A stretch of 64,000 nucleotides of DNA from Cenarchaeum sp. (GCA_965212015.1 OZ243037.1:128001-192000); one strand, 5' to 3'; counted from the first letter of the stretch, positions 19,236 through 29,132 are shown. Made by a program: numbers and translations. Notes: generated by a model from the letters alone, not told the origin.

Positions 19236-19808
19236 TTAGGATACTTGGACACTGCCAATCATCCATGGATGAACTAGGCAAAAGTAGTCATAGCTTCCCG
19301 GGGAGTCAAACGTGACCTCGAAGGTGTTTCCACCCAGCAGCAAGTTGCTGTCAAACAGGTCGTCTGGCCCGGATGGTACTGTTCCGCTAGTCACGGTGTG
19401 AGCTGCGACGTCAATATTGTCCCAGCTTACCGTGTCTCCGGCATTGACTGCGACTGAGGCCGGTATGTAGCATTCGTTGGTCGTCTCACAGCCTGCAACC
19501 GATGTTCCCTGTGGGATTGTAACTATGACTGTCTGGGGGCCTGTTGCCTCCTCAGTCAGGGGCTCCTCGATCATGACGCCTTCCGTGGCATCCTCTGCCA
19601 TCATGGCATCCTCCATCTCGGTCTCTTCCATGACATCCTCCATCATTGTCTCTTCCATGACATCCTCGCCCATTACGGCGTCTTTTGCTGGCGTATAGTC
19701 AGTCGATGCCGGTGAATCCTGAATACCCAGTCCGGCTATTGCGAATCCCGCACCTACTGCCACAATAGCGATAGTCCACGCTATTGCCGCCTTGTCTATT
19801 GCTGCCAT
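19236..19808 (-). CDS. membrane-anchored blue copper (plastocyanin/azurin-like) protein
   Basis: N-terminal TM helix and a cupredoxin domain with the type-1 Cu ligands AAHTVTSG and YFCLVHPWM. Confidence 0.9.
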   Translation of the reverse strand: MAAIDKAAIAWTIAIVAVGAGFAIAGLGIQDSPASTDYTPAKDAVMGEDVMEETMMEDVMEETEMEDAMMAEDATEGVMIEEPLTEEATGPQTVIVTIPQGTSVAGCETTNECYIPASVAVNAGDTVSWDNIDVAAHTVTSGTVPSGPDDLFDSNLLLGGNTFEVTFDSPGSYDYFCLVHPWMIGSVQVS

Positions 19809-19859
19809 TAACGGGGTTGCGGATCGGCGAATTATAAATCGTTATGAATCCGGGTGCGC

Positions 19860-21245
19860 CTAGACGGGACGCATTACCTGCCTGCCGTACCCCGGCTTGG
19901 CAGTCACCTCAAAGTCTTCTGCCACCATCTGGCCCCTGACCATGGTCTTTACCGGCCATCCCCGGAGCTGCCACCCCTCGTATACGGCATAGTCTGAAAA
20001 GCCGCCAAACATCTCACTTGACACCTTTTTTTCCAGCTTCAAGTCGATCATGGCAATGTCGGCATCTGCGCCTGCCGCAAGCGATCCCTTGGCCGGACGC
20101 ATCGAAAATATTCCCGCTGCGTTTGCGCTGGTAAGCGAGACTAGCCGCTCCAGGGAGATCCTGCCCTTGTTTACCCCCTCGCTTAGCAGTATCGGCAGGA
20201 CGGTGCCGATTCCGGGAAACCCGGCCAGTGCGCCCCACACGTCGTCGCCTCCCAGCTTGAGCTTTAGCCTGTTTGCCACGTGGTCCGTGCCGATCGTGTC
20301 AATCTCGCCGGCAAGCGCGCGCCAGATTTCCCTGTTGTCGTCTGCGGTCCTGATTGGCGGCATTACCTTTGCTGCGTATCCCTTTTGTCTTTCATATGAC
20401 AGCGTAAGATAGTGCGGGCACGTCTCTACAAAAATTTTGGTGCCCTTTTTCTTTTCCTGCCTGATCTGATCCATTGCGCGCGCAGAGCCGATGTGGACAA
20501 AATAGACGGTGCACCCAAACTCGCGCGCAAACCCCGACACCTGCGAAATCGCCTTGGCCTCCGATTCGGGGGGGCGGCTCTCCGACCACGCAGCAAGGCC
20601 GTCCTTGTTTTTCTCCCTTGCCGTCCTAATCCCGCAGGAGCACGACTCATAGTCCTCTGCGTGCACCAGGACGGGACAGTTCAGCCCTGCAGCCGTCCTT
20701 ACTATATTGCGGACAATCTCGGAGCTTACCTCCACGTCGGCCTGTACAAGCGCACTTGATCCCGGCTGCATGTCCATGTACACGTGGCCTATCTCGGATC
20801 CCAAATTCATGTATATCTTGAATGATGTTATCGAGTTTTCTGCGCAAAACCCCATCTCGGCTGCCTGCCTGTCATCAAATATTGACGCGTGGACCGTATA
20901 GTCCACGTGGTGGGATCTGCCGCTGGCATCCAGCTGGGCCCCCAGCGATTCCCTGTAGGAGCCGCCCAGCCGCAGCATGCGCATCATGGTGGTAACGCCG
21001 CCGATTGCGGCCGCATGCGACTCTGTTGAGGCCGCCTGCTCAATTGGCGAATATACCCCGTAATGCACGTGTGTGTCGATCATTCCCGGCATCGAGACCA
21101 GGCCGCCTGCGCGGATCTTTTTGTCGCATGCCGGCACGTCGCCTGTCAGCCCCACAATCCTTCCGCAGTCGATCACTATGTTTTTTTCGACCATCCCGCC
21201 GGGCAGGATTACGTGCGAGTCTGTGATTACTGCGTCGTAGGTCAT
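19860..21245 (-). CDS. cyclic amidohydrolase (dihydroorotase/allantoinase/dihydropyrimidinase family)
   Basis: Motifs PGMIDTHVH, AAAIGGVTT, VHAED, ETCPHYL and GTDH. Confidence 0.88.
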   Translation of the reverse strand: MTYDAVITDSHVILPGGMVEKNIVIDCGRIVGLTGDVPACDKKIRAGGLVSMPGMIDTHVHYGVYSPIEQAASTESHAAAIGGVTTMMRMLRLGGSYRESLGAQLDASGRSHHVDYTVHASIFDDRQAAEMGFCAENSITSFKIYMNLGSEIGHVYMDMQPGSSALVQADVEVSSEIVRNIVRTAAGLNCPVLVHAEDYESCSCGIRTAREKNKDGLAAWSESRPPESEAKAISQVSGFAREFGCTVYFVHIGSARAMDQIRQEKKKGTKIFVETCPHYLTLSYERQKGYAAKVMPPIRTADDNREIWRALAGEIDTIGTDHVANRLKLKLGGDDVWGALAGFPGIGTVLPILLSEGVNKGRISLERLVSLTSANAAGIFSMRPAKGSLAAGADADIAMIDLKLEKKVSSEMFGGFSDYAVYEGWQLRGWPVKTMVRGQMVAEDFEVTAKPGYGRQVMRPV

Positions 21246-21320
21246 TGATTATTGGCCGTAACTGGCGCTATTATTCTTTAAGAAAATGAATAAAAATCGG
21301 GACATTTTGCTAGTATGAAG

Positions 21321-21395
21321 GGGCCGGTGGTTTAGTGGTATAATGCTGCGTTCGCAACGCAGATGTCAAGGGTTCAATTCCCTTCCGGTCCACCA
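21321..21395 (+). tRNA. tRNA-Ala (CGC), CCA encoded
   Basis: GGGCCGG/CCGGTCC acceptor stem with G3:U70, and CTGCG-TTCGCAA-CGCAG anticodon arm. Confidence 0.97.
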
Positions 21396-21430
21396 TAACT
21401 ATTATACGTCAACTCTGGATATCAGACCCC

Positions 21431-21790
21431 ATGAGGGTATTTGACGGAAGAAAGGCAGCAGAAGACTATATGGCCGCGCACACCCTGACGTTTTCCACGC
21501 CGGATCTGACCCTGAAGCGCTTTGCCTTTTGGCTGGGCGACATGGTGCCCGATCCGGAAAACAAGCAGGATGCGATTCCAAGGCTTTACACCTATGTCGA
21601 GGAGAAGGACTTTGAGCCAGTCAACATAATCGACGAGGAGCACTATACGCCCAGCGGGGCGGTCCTGGGCTCCGGCATGTACGGGGGCCGGCAGGCCGAA
21701 TCCGGCGATGTAAAGTTCTGCTCGGAATGCGGCGCAAAGATATCAGAAAGCGCAAGATTCTGCACAGAGTGCGGCACTACACAGGACTGA
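21431..21790 (+). CDS. zinc-ribbon domain protein
   Basis: C-terminal CSECG...ARFCTECG. Confidence 0.8.
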   Translation: MRVFDGRKAAEDYMAAHTLTFSTPDLTLKRFAFWLGDMVPDPENKQDAIPRLYTYVEEKDFEPVNIIDEEHYTPSGAVLGSGMYGGRQAESGDVKFCSECGAKISESARFCTECGTTQD

Positions 21791-21791
21791 C

Positions 21792-22313
21792 TCACATCCT
21801 GTTGCCGCACTTTGAGCAAAACTTTGCGTTTTTTCTCAGCGGCGCGCCACACGCAGAACAGCCACCGTCCCGGGGCTGCATATGCGACACCAGCGAGGGA
21901 TCCGGCGACGGCAGCGTTCCGGGCTGGCCGAACTCCTCTGATGCAATCACCCTTGGCGGTGCGCCCACCGGGGCGTCTGCGGTTCCCGCCCTGGGCGGCA
22001 TGCCGCCGGGGCCTGGCACTCCCGTTCCGGGCATCAGGCCCGGCGACTGTGTGCCGCCCGGCGCGTGACCGCCGGCCATCTTGTCTAGTGATTTTTTGAT
22101 CTCAATGATTACCTTTACTGCGAGAAACTCTAGCGCGGAGCACGCCACGGTATAGTCGCCAAGCTTTGCAAAGAACTCTTTTTCTGCTATCTTGCCGTCC
22201 TTGTACAGGCCGTTTGTGGCCACCATTCCCTCATAGTACCCCTGCGTGTCATTAAAGAGGCTCTCCAGTTTTTCTGTGAGCAGGTTCAGGGTGTCTACCT
22301 CGCCTAGCGACAT
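21792..22313 (-). CDS. zinc-ribbon domain protein
   Basis: Helical N-terminus, Pro/Gly linker and C-terminal CSACG...AKFCSKCG. Confidence 0.8.
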   Translation of the reverse strand: MSLGEVDTLNLLTEKLESLFNDTQGYYEGMVATNGLYKDGKIAEKEFFAKLGDYTVACSALEFLAVKVIIEIKKSLDKMAGGHAPGGTQSPGLMPGTGVPGPGGMPPRAGTADAPVGAPPRVIASEEFGQPGTLPSPDPSLVSHMQPRDGGCSACGAPLRKNAKFCSKCGNRM

Positions 22314-22411
22314 GGTGTGGGCTGGATTTCTGTATTATTAATTACTTTGGCAGAAAACCGTGCGCGGTATTCCGGCGGTGACACGCATGCGCGATTCTGG
22401 CCTTGCGGGGA

Positions 22412-22744
22412 TTATGCCTTTTCCAAGGCCTTGTCGATCATGCCCCTGTAGGATTCCTTGGACGCCGCGCCCACCTGCTGGCTGACTATCTCGCCCTTGT
22501 GAAACACAATGAGCGTCGGAATGCTAAAGACGTTGTACTTTGAGGCAAGCTCGCCGGCCTCGTCCACGTTGACCTTTACAAAGCTTACCCTGTCCTTATA
22601 GTCGCCTGCCAGCTCGTCTATTACGGGGCCCACCATCTTGCACGGGCCGCACCACTCTGCCCAAAAGTCCACGAATACGGGAACGGGTGAGCTGATGACG
22701 CTGGCCTCCCATGCCTGCGCGTCTGATACCTTTGTGACTGCCAT
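22412..22744 (-). CDS. trxA: thioredoxin
   Basis: DFWAEWCGPC active site and cis-Pro motif SIPT. Confidence 0.95.
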   Translation of the reverse strand: MAVTKVSDAQAWEASVISSPVPVFVDFWAEWCGPCKMVGPVIDELAGDYKDRVSFVKVNVDEAGELASKYNVFSIPTLIVFHKGEIVSQQVGAASKESYRGMIDKALEKA

Positions 22745-22849
22745 TGCCGGTTCTCTGCCAATCACACCTAAATATGTTCATTTTGGCCGCGGGAATTGGA
22801 TCCGGCCTCTCAAAAATAGTTTTAAATGGCCGCAGGCCAAGTCTGAACC

Positions 22850-23569
22850 ATGAGTTCTGATCAAAGGATAAAAAAACTCAGGGGCTCGGGCGGATACGTT
22901 ATGGCAAGCGTTGATGACGAGCAGCAAAAAAAGGGAAGCCTCGGCGGCCCCGACTTGTTTCTGGCACCCATCGGAAGGCTCGACTCTGAAAAGATTTCAA
23001 AGTATTTCTGCAACACGTGCGAAAAGGACTATGACGGCAGCCCAAAGATAGAGTACGAGAACCCAAACGAGGAGGTGGCAGAGAACCTGATACTGGCAGA
23101 AAGGGGGCAGTATGTGTGTGGCACGTGCGGCTCCACGCTGGCAGAATACAGGGATTTTGTAAAGCCCGACGAGCAGGTCCAAGTCGGCATGGCAAAGCCA
23201 GAGTCCGAGGCGGCCTTTGCAGGGGCGCCGCCTGCGCCTGATCTGCGGCCCGCTGATCTGCCGCAAGAGATGGCCGAGGATCCGTCGGTAAGCTCCATCG
23301 TGGGCATGTCCGTGTTTGACGAAAACGGCATAAAGTTGGGCGTTGCAAACCAGGTCGGCGTCGATTCTGCCCGGAACATTGTAGTGGTCATAACCGGCAA
23401 CGACGGCGGCGAGCAGACCGTTCCGTGGAGCAGGGTAAAAAAAATAGGCGAAATCATACTTTTGGGCGGCCCGGCCACACAGGCGGATTCTGCGGCAACG
23501 TGCCCCGGATGCGGCTTTGAGAACAAGGCCGACTCAAAGTTCTGCGAGCAGTGCGGAAACAAGATCTGA
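22850..23569 (+). CDS. zinc-ribbon and PRC-barrel domain protein
   Basis: CNTC...CGTC, PRC-barrel pattern IVGMSVFDENGIKLG...VPWSRVKKIGEIILL, and C-terminal CPGCG...KFCEQCG. Confidence 0.8.
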   Translation: MSSDQRIKKLRGSGGYVMASVDDEQQKKGSLGGPDLFLAPIGRLDSEKISKYFCNTCEKDYDGSPKIEYENPNEEVAENLILAERGQYVCGTCGSTLAEYRDFVKPDEQVQVGMAKPESEAAFAGAPPAPDLRPADLPQEMAEDPSVSSIVGMSVFDENGIKLGVANQVGVDSARNIVVVITGNDGGEQTVPWSRVKKIGEIILLGGPATQADSAATCPGCGFENKADSKFCEQCGNKI

Positions 23570-23595
23570 TAACCCCGGACCGATGTGAGGATACA

Positions 23596-24360
23596 ATGAC
23601 CATGCAGCCACTCCTCAAGGAAGTGATAAAAAACATTGTAATCGTCGCAGTCGGCGCGGCCATAATCTGGGGATCGCTGCTGGTGGTGTTTGGGACGCAA
23701 AACCCGTTTTACGTGGTATCCAGCGGAAGCATGGTGCCAGAACTGCAGGTCTTTGACATTCTGGTGGTAAACGGAAACGAGCCGTTCGAAGAGGTGGACG
23801 TCGGCGACATTATCGTGTTTAACCGCCCAAGCGGCGAGGACAGGGTGATAGTGCACAGGGTGGCCTCGATAATAGACGAGGATCCGCTCACAATCCGCAC
23901 AAAGGGCGACGCAAACGCCGCCTCGATTCCCGGGACGGACTTTCCAATCACGGAGCAGGAGTACATCGGCCAGGTGGCATACGTGGTGCCGCAGATAGGA
24001 TACGTCACCCGCATACTGACCCCGCCAATCAACTATATCATTATCGCAATAGTAATCGGGCTAATGATTGCAAGGCACTTTTCCAAAAACAGGGGACAGT
24101 CCGCCGCAGGCGGCGATGAGGGGCCCGACATCAATGATGCGGATGCCGGCGATGCGACACGCCCCGAGTCAGACGGTGGTGCAAAATCCGGACAGGCAGA
24201 TGCGGCACGCCAAGTGTCAAACGGCGACGGGGGGCAGGAGATCAGGGATGCGGATGCAGGCGATGTTACACGCCCCGAATCAGGCGGCGGTGCAAAATCC
24301 GGACAGGCCGGCCTCGAGTCCGGTAACGCAGACGCGCAAAAAGACTCTAGGAAATCCTAA
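23596..24360 (+). CDS. signal peptidase I (Sec11 type)
   Basis: Motifs VVSSGSMVP, GDIIVF, IVHRV and TKGDAN, with flanking TM helices. Confidence 0.92.
   Translation: MTMQPLLKEVIKNIVIVAVGAAIIWGSLLVVFGTQNPFYVVSSGSMVPELQVFDILVVNGNEPFEEVDVGDIIVFNRPSGEDRVIVHRVASIIDEDPLTIRTKGDANAASIPGTDFPITEQEYIGQVAYVVPQIGYVTRILTPPINYIIIAIVIGLMIARHFSKNRGQSAAGGDEGPDINDADAGDATRPESDGGAKSGQADAARQVSNGDGGQEIRDADAGDVTRPESGGGAKSGQAGLESGNADAQKDSRKS
24136..24308 (+). repeat. two imperfect 62-bp direct repeats (24136-24197, 24247-24308) in the signal peptidase tail
   Basis: DADAGDATRPESDGGAKSGQA versus DADAGDVTRPESGGGAKSGQA, with a 111-bp period. Confidence 0.9.
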
Positions 24361-25843
24361 AGACGCGCTTAAAGTACTCTGAGGGCTCTTGTGGCTCTTT
24401 GATGTCGTTTGTAATTCCGGCCAGGTTCTTTGCAAGGTTCATCTTGTATCCGAGCTGCATCTGGCGCTGGATCTGTATCCTCTGCGCCTGCGGCGAGCCG
24501 GCCCCGTGCATGGATTCGGTGAGATAGCCCACTGCGTTTCTGCCCAGCGTCATGTTTTCTATTAGCCGCAGGATCCTCATCCTGTTTTCCACATCGACGT
24601 CCTTTCTGCCTGCAAGGTATTTTTTTAGCAGCGGCCCCACCTGCGGGTGCCTAAAGTCCTTCTCTGAGGGCAGCGTCACTAGCAGTCCGCCGGCAATGTC
24701 CTGTGCCAGCCGTCCTATCTCGTAGGGAAACCTCGTGACGTTGTGCTTGCACACCTGCGCTAGCATGTCGTCGTTAAGATAGACGCCTGACTTCATCCTG
24801 TGCGCCTGGTATGACGATGCGATTCCGGCAGCAAAGATCGTCTCATTGAGGTGCGTCATTTCTATTAGCTTGTCCTTGATGTGCGACACTCTGGGGATGC
24901 CGTTATAGTCTGCAATCGTGCCTGCCGCGCCAATCAGCACGTCTCCCAGTCCGGTCTTGCAGACATAGCTGCGCCTGTGATAGCAGGTAAACCTCTCGAT
25001 TAGCATAGAGGCAAACTCGTACTCGCCGTGCATGAACACCTTGTCCCACGGAATAAACACCCTGTCCAGAATTATCAGCGCCTCCTGCCCGCCGTACTTT
25101 GCATTTCCGGCATCGATGTCGCCTTCCTCCATGCTCCGGGTGTCGCACGACTGCCTGCCGTATACGTACGTCAGCCCCTTTGCGTCTGCGGGAAACGCCC
25201 CGACTATGGCCCAGTCCTTGTCCTCCTCGGTAAGGCGAATCGTCGGCATTATGATTATCCAGTGCGAGTTGATGCACCCTGTCTGGTGGGCCTTTGCGCC
25301 AGACACGTATACGCCCTTTTCGTCCCTGTCGACTATGCGGGTGTACAGATCCGGATCGGCCTGCTCTGATGGACCCTTGCTCCTGTCGCCCTTGGGATCA
25401 GTCATTGCGCCGCCGATGACCATGTTTTCCTTTTGCATCTCTTTGATGAACTCTAATAGCCTCTTGTGATAGTCAGTCCCGTGCTTTTCGTCAATCTCAA
25501 AGGTCGTCGAGTGCAGCGAGTTTAGCGCATCCATTCCTACGCACCGCTGAAAACACGTGCCGGTGTTTTGTCCGAGCTTGCGCTGCATCTTGTTTTGCAT
25601 TACCAGGTCCTGTGCGCTTTCTGCAATGTGAAGGAACCTGTTTACCCTGCCGTTGCTAATCGAGGACTGTGCCGATGCGAGCTCTTCTTCCCTGGCTGCA
25701 AGGTCGTACGTCTCTGCCACTGCGTTAATCGACGGCCTGATGATCGGATGATCCACGGGATCGTCGATCAGCTCGCCGAAAAGATATACCTTTAGCTCCC
25801 TTCCCCTCAGGCTGTCTATATAGTCCTGACCGGTTTTGATCAT
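24347..25843 (-). CDS. abfD: 4-hydroxybutyryl-CoA dehydratase (3HP/4HB cycle)
   Basis: CFQRCVGMD FeS motif, GAMTDPKGDRS, HRRSYVCK and ESMHGAGSPQAQ. Start at ATG 25843. Confidence 0.95.
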   Translation of the reverse strand: MIKTGQDYIDSLRGRELKVYLFGELIDDPVDHPIIRPSINAVAETYDLAAREEELASAQSSISNGRVNRFLHIAESAQDLVMQNKMQRKLGQNTGTCFQRCVGMDALNSLHSTTFEIDEKHGTDYHKRLLEFIKEMQKENMVIGGAMTDPKGDRSKGPSEQADPDLYTRIVDRDEKGVYVSGAKAHQTGCINSHWIIIMPTIRLTEEDKDWAIVGAFPADAKGLTYVYGRQSCDTRSMEEGDIDAGNAKYGGQEALIILDRVFIPWDKVFMHGEYEFASMLIERFTCYHRRSYVCKTGLGDVLIGAAGTIADYNGIPRVSHIKDKLIEMTHLNETIFAAGIASSYQAHRMKSGVYLNDDMLAQVCKHNVTRFPYEIGRLAQDIAGGLLVTLPSEKDFRHPQVGPLLKKYLAGRKDVDVENRMRILRLIENMTLGRNAVGYLTESMHGAGSPQAQRIQIQRQMQLGYKMNLAKNLAGITNDIKEPQEPSEYFKRVFRIS

Positions 25844-25927
25844 GCCGTATGTGCCCCTAGGTTGTATAAAAATTCTAGATATGTAGTTTTTTTGGACGTT
25901 TTTTGTAATCACTGACTGGCCTTATCA

Positions 25928-26122
25928 TCAGGGCTCCTCCATTGCCCTGAGGTATTGGCCAACCGTGTGATATTCGTGCGACTCGATCTCCTTGCTGCGC
26001 ACCTTTGCAATTATCTCGTCTGGTGACATCCTGCCCAAGTTCATCCCCATATTGATCACCGATACCAAAATACGCATATTAAACCGTTCGTTATTTTTTA
26101 ACAAATAACCCAAAACATCCAC
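25928..26122 (-). pseudogene. small hypothetical ORF or gene remnant
   Basis: 64-codon, partly AT-rich ORF with a weak GTG start and an in-frame stop three codons upstream. Confidence 0.3.
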
Positions 26123-26196
26123 CGGCCATCATTGCACCACATGCCTGTTTCAAGGAAACATCCGGCATCTGCCAGCCGGGCTGACATACTACAGAA

Positions 26197-28293
26197 TCAT
26201 CCTAGTCCGATCCTAACGTCCAGTATCTTGCATCCCGCGCCCTCCTCGAGGACCAGCACGGGATTCATGTCAAGCTCCCTGATCTCCCCAAAGTCCGTCA
26301 CCAGCTGCGAGAGCCTCTGGATGCAATCTGATAGCGCGGCCGTATCTGATGGCCTTTCGCCCCTGACGCCCTGCAGGATCTTTTTCATCCTGATCTCCGA
26401 TATCATCTCGTCTGCCTCCCTGTCGGTGACGGGGGCAAGCCTGAAAGTGACGTCCTTGAGGACCTCCACGTAAATCCCGCCCATTCCCAGCATTATGACA
26501 GGACCCATTCCCGGTTCCAGCTTTGAGCCTATTATCATCTCCTTTCCGCCCTTTACCATCTCTACTACAAGCACCCCCCTGATCTCGGCGTCTTTGTCGT
26601 ATCTTTTGGCGTTTGCCACGATCGTCTCATATGCGTCCCTGACGTCCCTGCCGCCGGCCAGATTTACCATTACGCCTCCTGCGTCTGACTTGTGGACTAT
26701 TTGCGGCGACACAATCTTCATGACCACCGGGTACCCGATCTTTTCTGCTGCACTTTCTGCCTCGTCCCTGCTGCCTGCCAGCATGCTTTTTGGCAGCGGC
26801 AGGCCGTATGCGCGCAGCACCTCCTGGCCCTCTTCTTCGAGCAGGACTGTCCTGTTTTCCTTTTTTAGCCGCCCGAAAATCTCACTGACCTTGGATTTTT
26901 CCGCACTGAATTCGCGTATCTTTCCGGGCTCTTGGCCGGTCCACCTTGAGAACTTTAGCATTGCATCCAGCGTGCGAATCGCGCCTTCTGCGTACGAATA
27001 GTACGGAATGCTGCCTGCCGCCAGAATCTCACGATTGGTGACGCCCTCGTCCAGGCCCATCAAACTTGCAAGCATTGTCTTTTTGTGCTTTTTTGACATT
27101 TCCACTATCACCTTGGCCAGCTCGTCATAGTCCAGCGTGCCTGACGGCGTGCACATTGAAATCACAGAGCCCACATTGGGATGGCCAAGGACGCGATCCA
27201 GCACGTCTCTGAACCTGTTGAAATCCGCATCACCCACAATGTCCACCGGATTGCGCGAGCTTCCCCACGGGGGGATCACACTGTCAATCTCCGGCCTGAT
27301 GCTCTGGATTTGCGCCATCTTTATCCCCATCCTGGAGCATGCGTCAGTTGAAATGATTGCAGGCCCGCCTGCGTTTGACACTATTACCAGCCCCTCCCCC
27401 GGAAGCGGCTGCTTTGAGAAGGCAGTGGCATAGTCGAATAGCTCCTCCATGGTGTCGACTCGTATCGCCCCGGACTGCCTGAGAAGCGCATCGTAAATCT
27501 CGTCGGATCCCATCAGGGCCCCGGTGTGCGACATTGCGGCCTTTGCCCCCTCAGGACTGCGCCCGGATTTCAGCACGAGTACGGGTTTTTTAATCTCGCG
27601 GGTTATCCTTTTGCAGATCCTTAGGAACTCTTGGCCGTCTCCCATGTCCTCAAGATACATGACTATCACCCTGGTCTGCGCGTGATCTGCCAGCATCCTT
27701 AGCACGTCAATCTCGCCCATTACTGCCTTGTTTCCCATGCTTATCACCGCAGAAAACCCTATTCCCTGCGCGCTTGCATCCTCGCAGAGGGCCGCACATA
27801 TGGCCCCGCTCTGAGATACCAGTGCTATGTGGCCTGACTTTGGCGTAATCTTGAGAAAAGTCGAGTTCATCATGGTATTTGGATCCAGGTTCATGACGCC
27901 AAGGCAGTTCGGCCCGATCATGCCAATGTTGTATTTTTCAGCAATGTCCTTTAGGCGCTGCTCTAGTGCGGCACCGTCCTTGTCCACCTCCTTAAAGCCG
28001 GCGGTAATCACCACTGCGCCCCTGATTTTTTTCCTGCCGCACTCTTCTAGGACGCCGGGCACCAGGGTGTTTTTTATCACTATTACTGCAAGATCTATCG
28101 CGTCGGGTACGTCAAGGACCGACTTGAAGGCCCTTTTGCCAAACACCTCTGCCCTTGTGGGGCTGATGGGAAAGATTGCCCCCCTAAAGCCGTTCATTAT
28201 GTTTGACGTGATGGTGCGTCCCACGCTTCCCTGCTTGTCTGATGCGCCAATCACCGCAATTGACTTTGGGGACAAAAAAACAGACTCTGTCAT
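26197..28293 (-). CDS. ADP-forming acyl-CoA ligase, probably 4-hydroxybutyrate--CoA ligase
   Basis: CoA-binding domain (IAVIGAS, GPNCLG), SHTG phospho-His and ATP-grasp HKSDAGGV. Its position next to the 4HB-CoA dehydratase matches Nitrosopumilus. Confidence 0.88.
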   Translation of the reverse strand: MTESVFLSPKSIAVIGASDKQGSVGRTITSNIMNGFRGAIFPISPTRAEVFGKRAFKSVLDVPDAIDLAVIVIKNTLVPGVLEECGRKKIRGAVVITAGFKEVDKDGAALEQRLKDIAEKYNIGMIGPNCLGVMNLDPNTMMNSTFLKITPKSGHIALVSQSGAICAALCEDASAQGIGFSAVISMGNKAVMGEIDVLRMLADHAQTRVIVMYLEDMGDGQEFLRICKRITREIKKPVLVLKSGRSPEGAKAAMSHTGALMGSDEIYDALLRQSGAIRVDTMEELFDYATAFSKQPLPGEGLVIVSNAGGPAIISTDACSRMGIKMAQIQSIRPEIDSVIPPWGSSRNPVDIVGDADFNRFRDVLDRVLGHPNVGSVISMCTPSGTLDYDELAKVIVEMSKKHKKTMLASLMGLDEGVTNREILAAGSIPYYSYAEGAIRTLDAMLKFSRWTGQEPGKIREFSAEKSKVSEIFGRLKKENRTVLLEEEGQEVLRAYGLPLPKSMLAGSRDEAESAAEKIGYPVVMKIVSPQIVHKSDAGGVMVNLAGGRDVRDAYETIVANAKRYDKDAEIRGVLVVEMVKGGKEMIIGSKLEPGMGPVIMLGMGGIYVEVLKDVTFRLAPVTDREADEMISEIRMKKILQGVRGERPSDTAALSDCIQRLSQLVTDFGEIRELDMNPVLVLEEGAGCKILDVRIGLG

Positions 28294-28347
28294 GCTTATG
28301 AGACCGGGGCAATTTCCATAATAAAGCTAACCACGGGGAATCCCGCC

Positions 28348-28704
28348 CTAGCTTCCTAGCATCTTTCCGGCCGGATTTTCGGCCCTTGGAATCCACCTGA
28401 TCTCAAGGCCTGGACACCTTGCGATGATGGGCCACGCCTGCCTTGCCAGCTCTTTGAGCTTTTCGCTGTTTATTGAATAGTCGTGGTTTAGCTGGCAGAC
28501 GGTGTTCTTTGAGTCGCTGTACACGGTGAGCACCTCGCCTGTGCCGCAGAATTTCTCTAGCGCGGCAATGATGGCCATGTATTCTGCCTGGTTGTTGGTA
28601 ATGCCGGGCATTTTCCTGTAAAACGACTCGCCTGTCTCCTTTACGAAATAGCCGAATCCAGAGTCGGGCCCGCCGCCCCCGTCGACGTATACGCTAAGCG
28701 TCAT
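28348..28704 (-). CDS. ribonuclease HI-like protein
   Basis: Motifs YVDG, TNNQAEY, SDS and WIPR.EN. The last catalytic Asp appears replaced by Gly. Confidence 0.82.
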   Translation of the reverse strand: MTLSVYVDGGGGPDSGFGYFVKETGESFYRKMPGITNNQAEYMAIIAALEKFCGTGEVLTVYSDSKNTVCQLNHDYSINSEKLKELARQAWPIIARCPGLEIRWIPRAENPAGKMLGS

Positions 28705-29132
28705 TCCCTGTACAGCCTCGTAATCTTTACGCCGAGGTTCAACACGGCCATGTATGCCGACGTGGATATGGCCTGCGACACAATGGATGCGATGTATGGA
28801 TCATAGCTCAGCGTGAGAAGATAGTACTGCAGCACCCACCTGATGACGGTGTATACTGCCTCCGCTATGCCGAGCGAGGATATGATTTTTATCAGATCCG
28901 TCCTCAGGGCGGACCTGTCGGCGGCGTATTTTTTCCTGTTGTCAAGATAGTACAGTCCGCCAAACGTGGAAAAATAAACCACATAGTCTGCAATCAGAGT
29001 GTATGTCGTGTTGAGATAGTCCTGCTCGCCTTTCAGGGCCTGTGCCACTACTGCCGATACCGCAATGGATGCGGCCAGTCCCAAAAGGACGTTCCTGTTG
29101 AGCCTCATGTACTGCCGGTATCTCGAATCCAT
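28701..29132 (-). CDS. membrane protein (GtrA-like topology)
   Basis: About four hydrophobic segments. Overlaps the start of the RNase H gene. Confidence 0.7.
   Translation of the reverse strand: MDSRYRQYMRLNRNVLLGLAASIAVSAVVAQALKGEQDYLNTTYTLIADYVVYFSTFGGLYYLDNRKKYAADRSALRTDLIKIISSLGIAEAVYTVIRWVLQYYLLTLSYDPYIASIVSQAISTSAYMAVLNLGVKITRLYRE

Noticed and set aside
15501-21395. Integrated element at tRNA-Leu or tRNA-Ala
   Set aside because: I saw no duplicated tRNA 3' end and no integrase, and the flanking genes are housekeeping.
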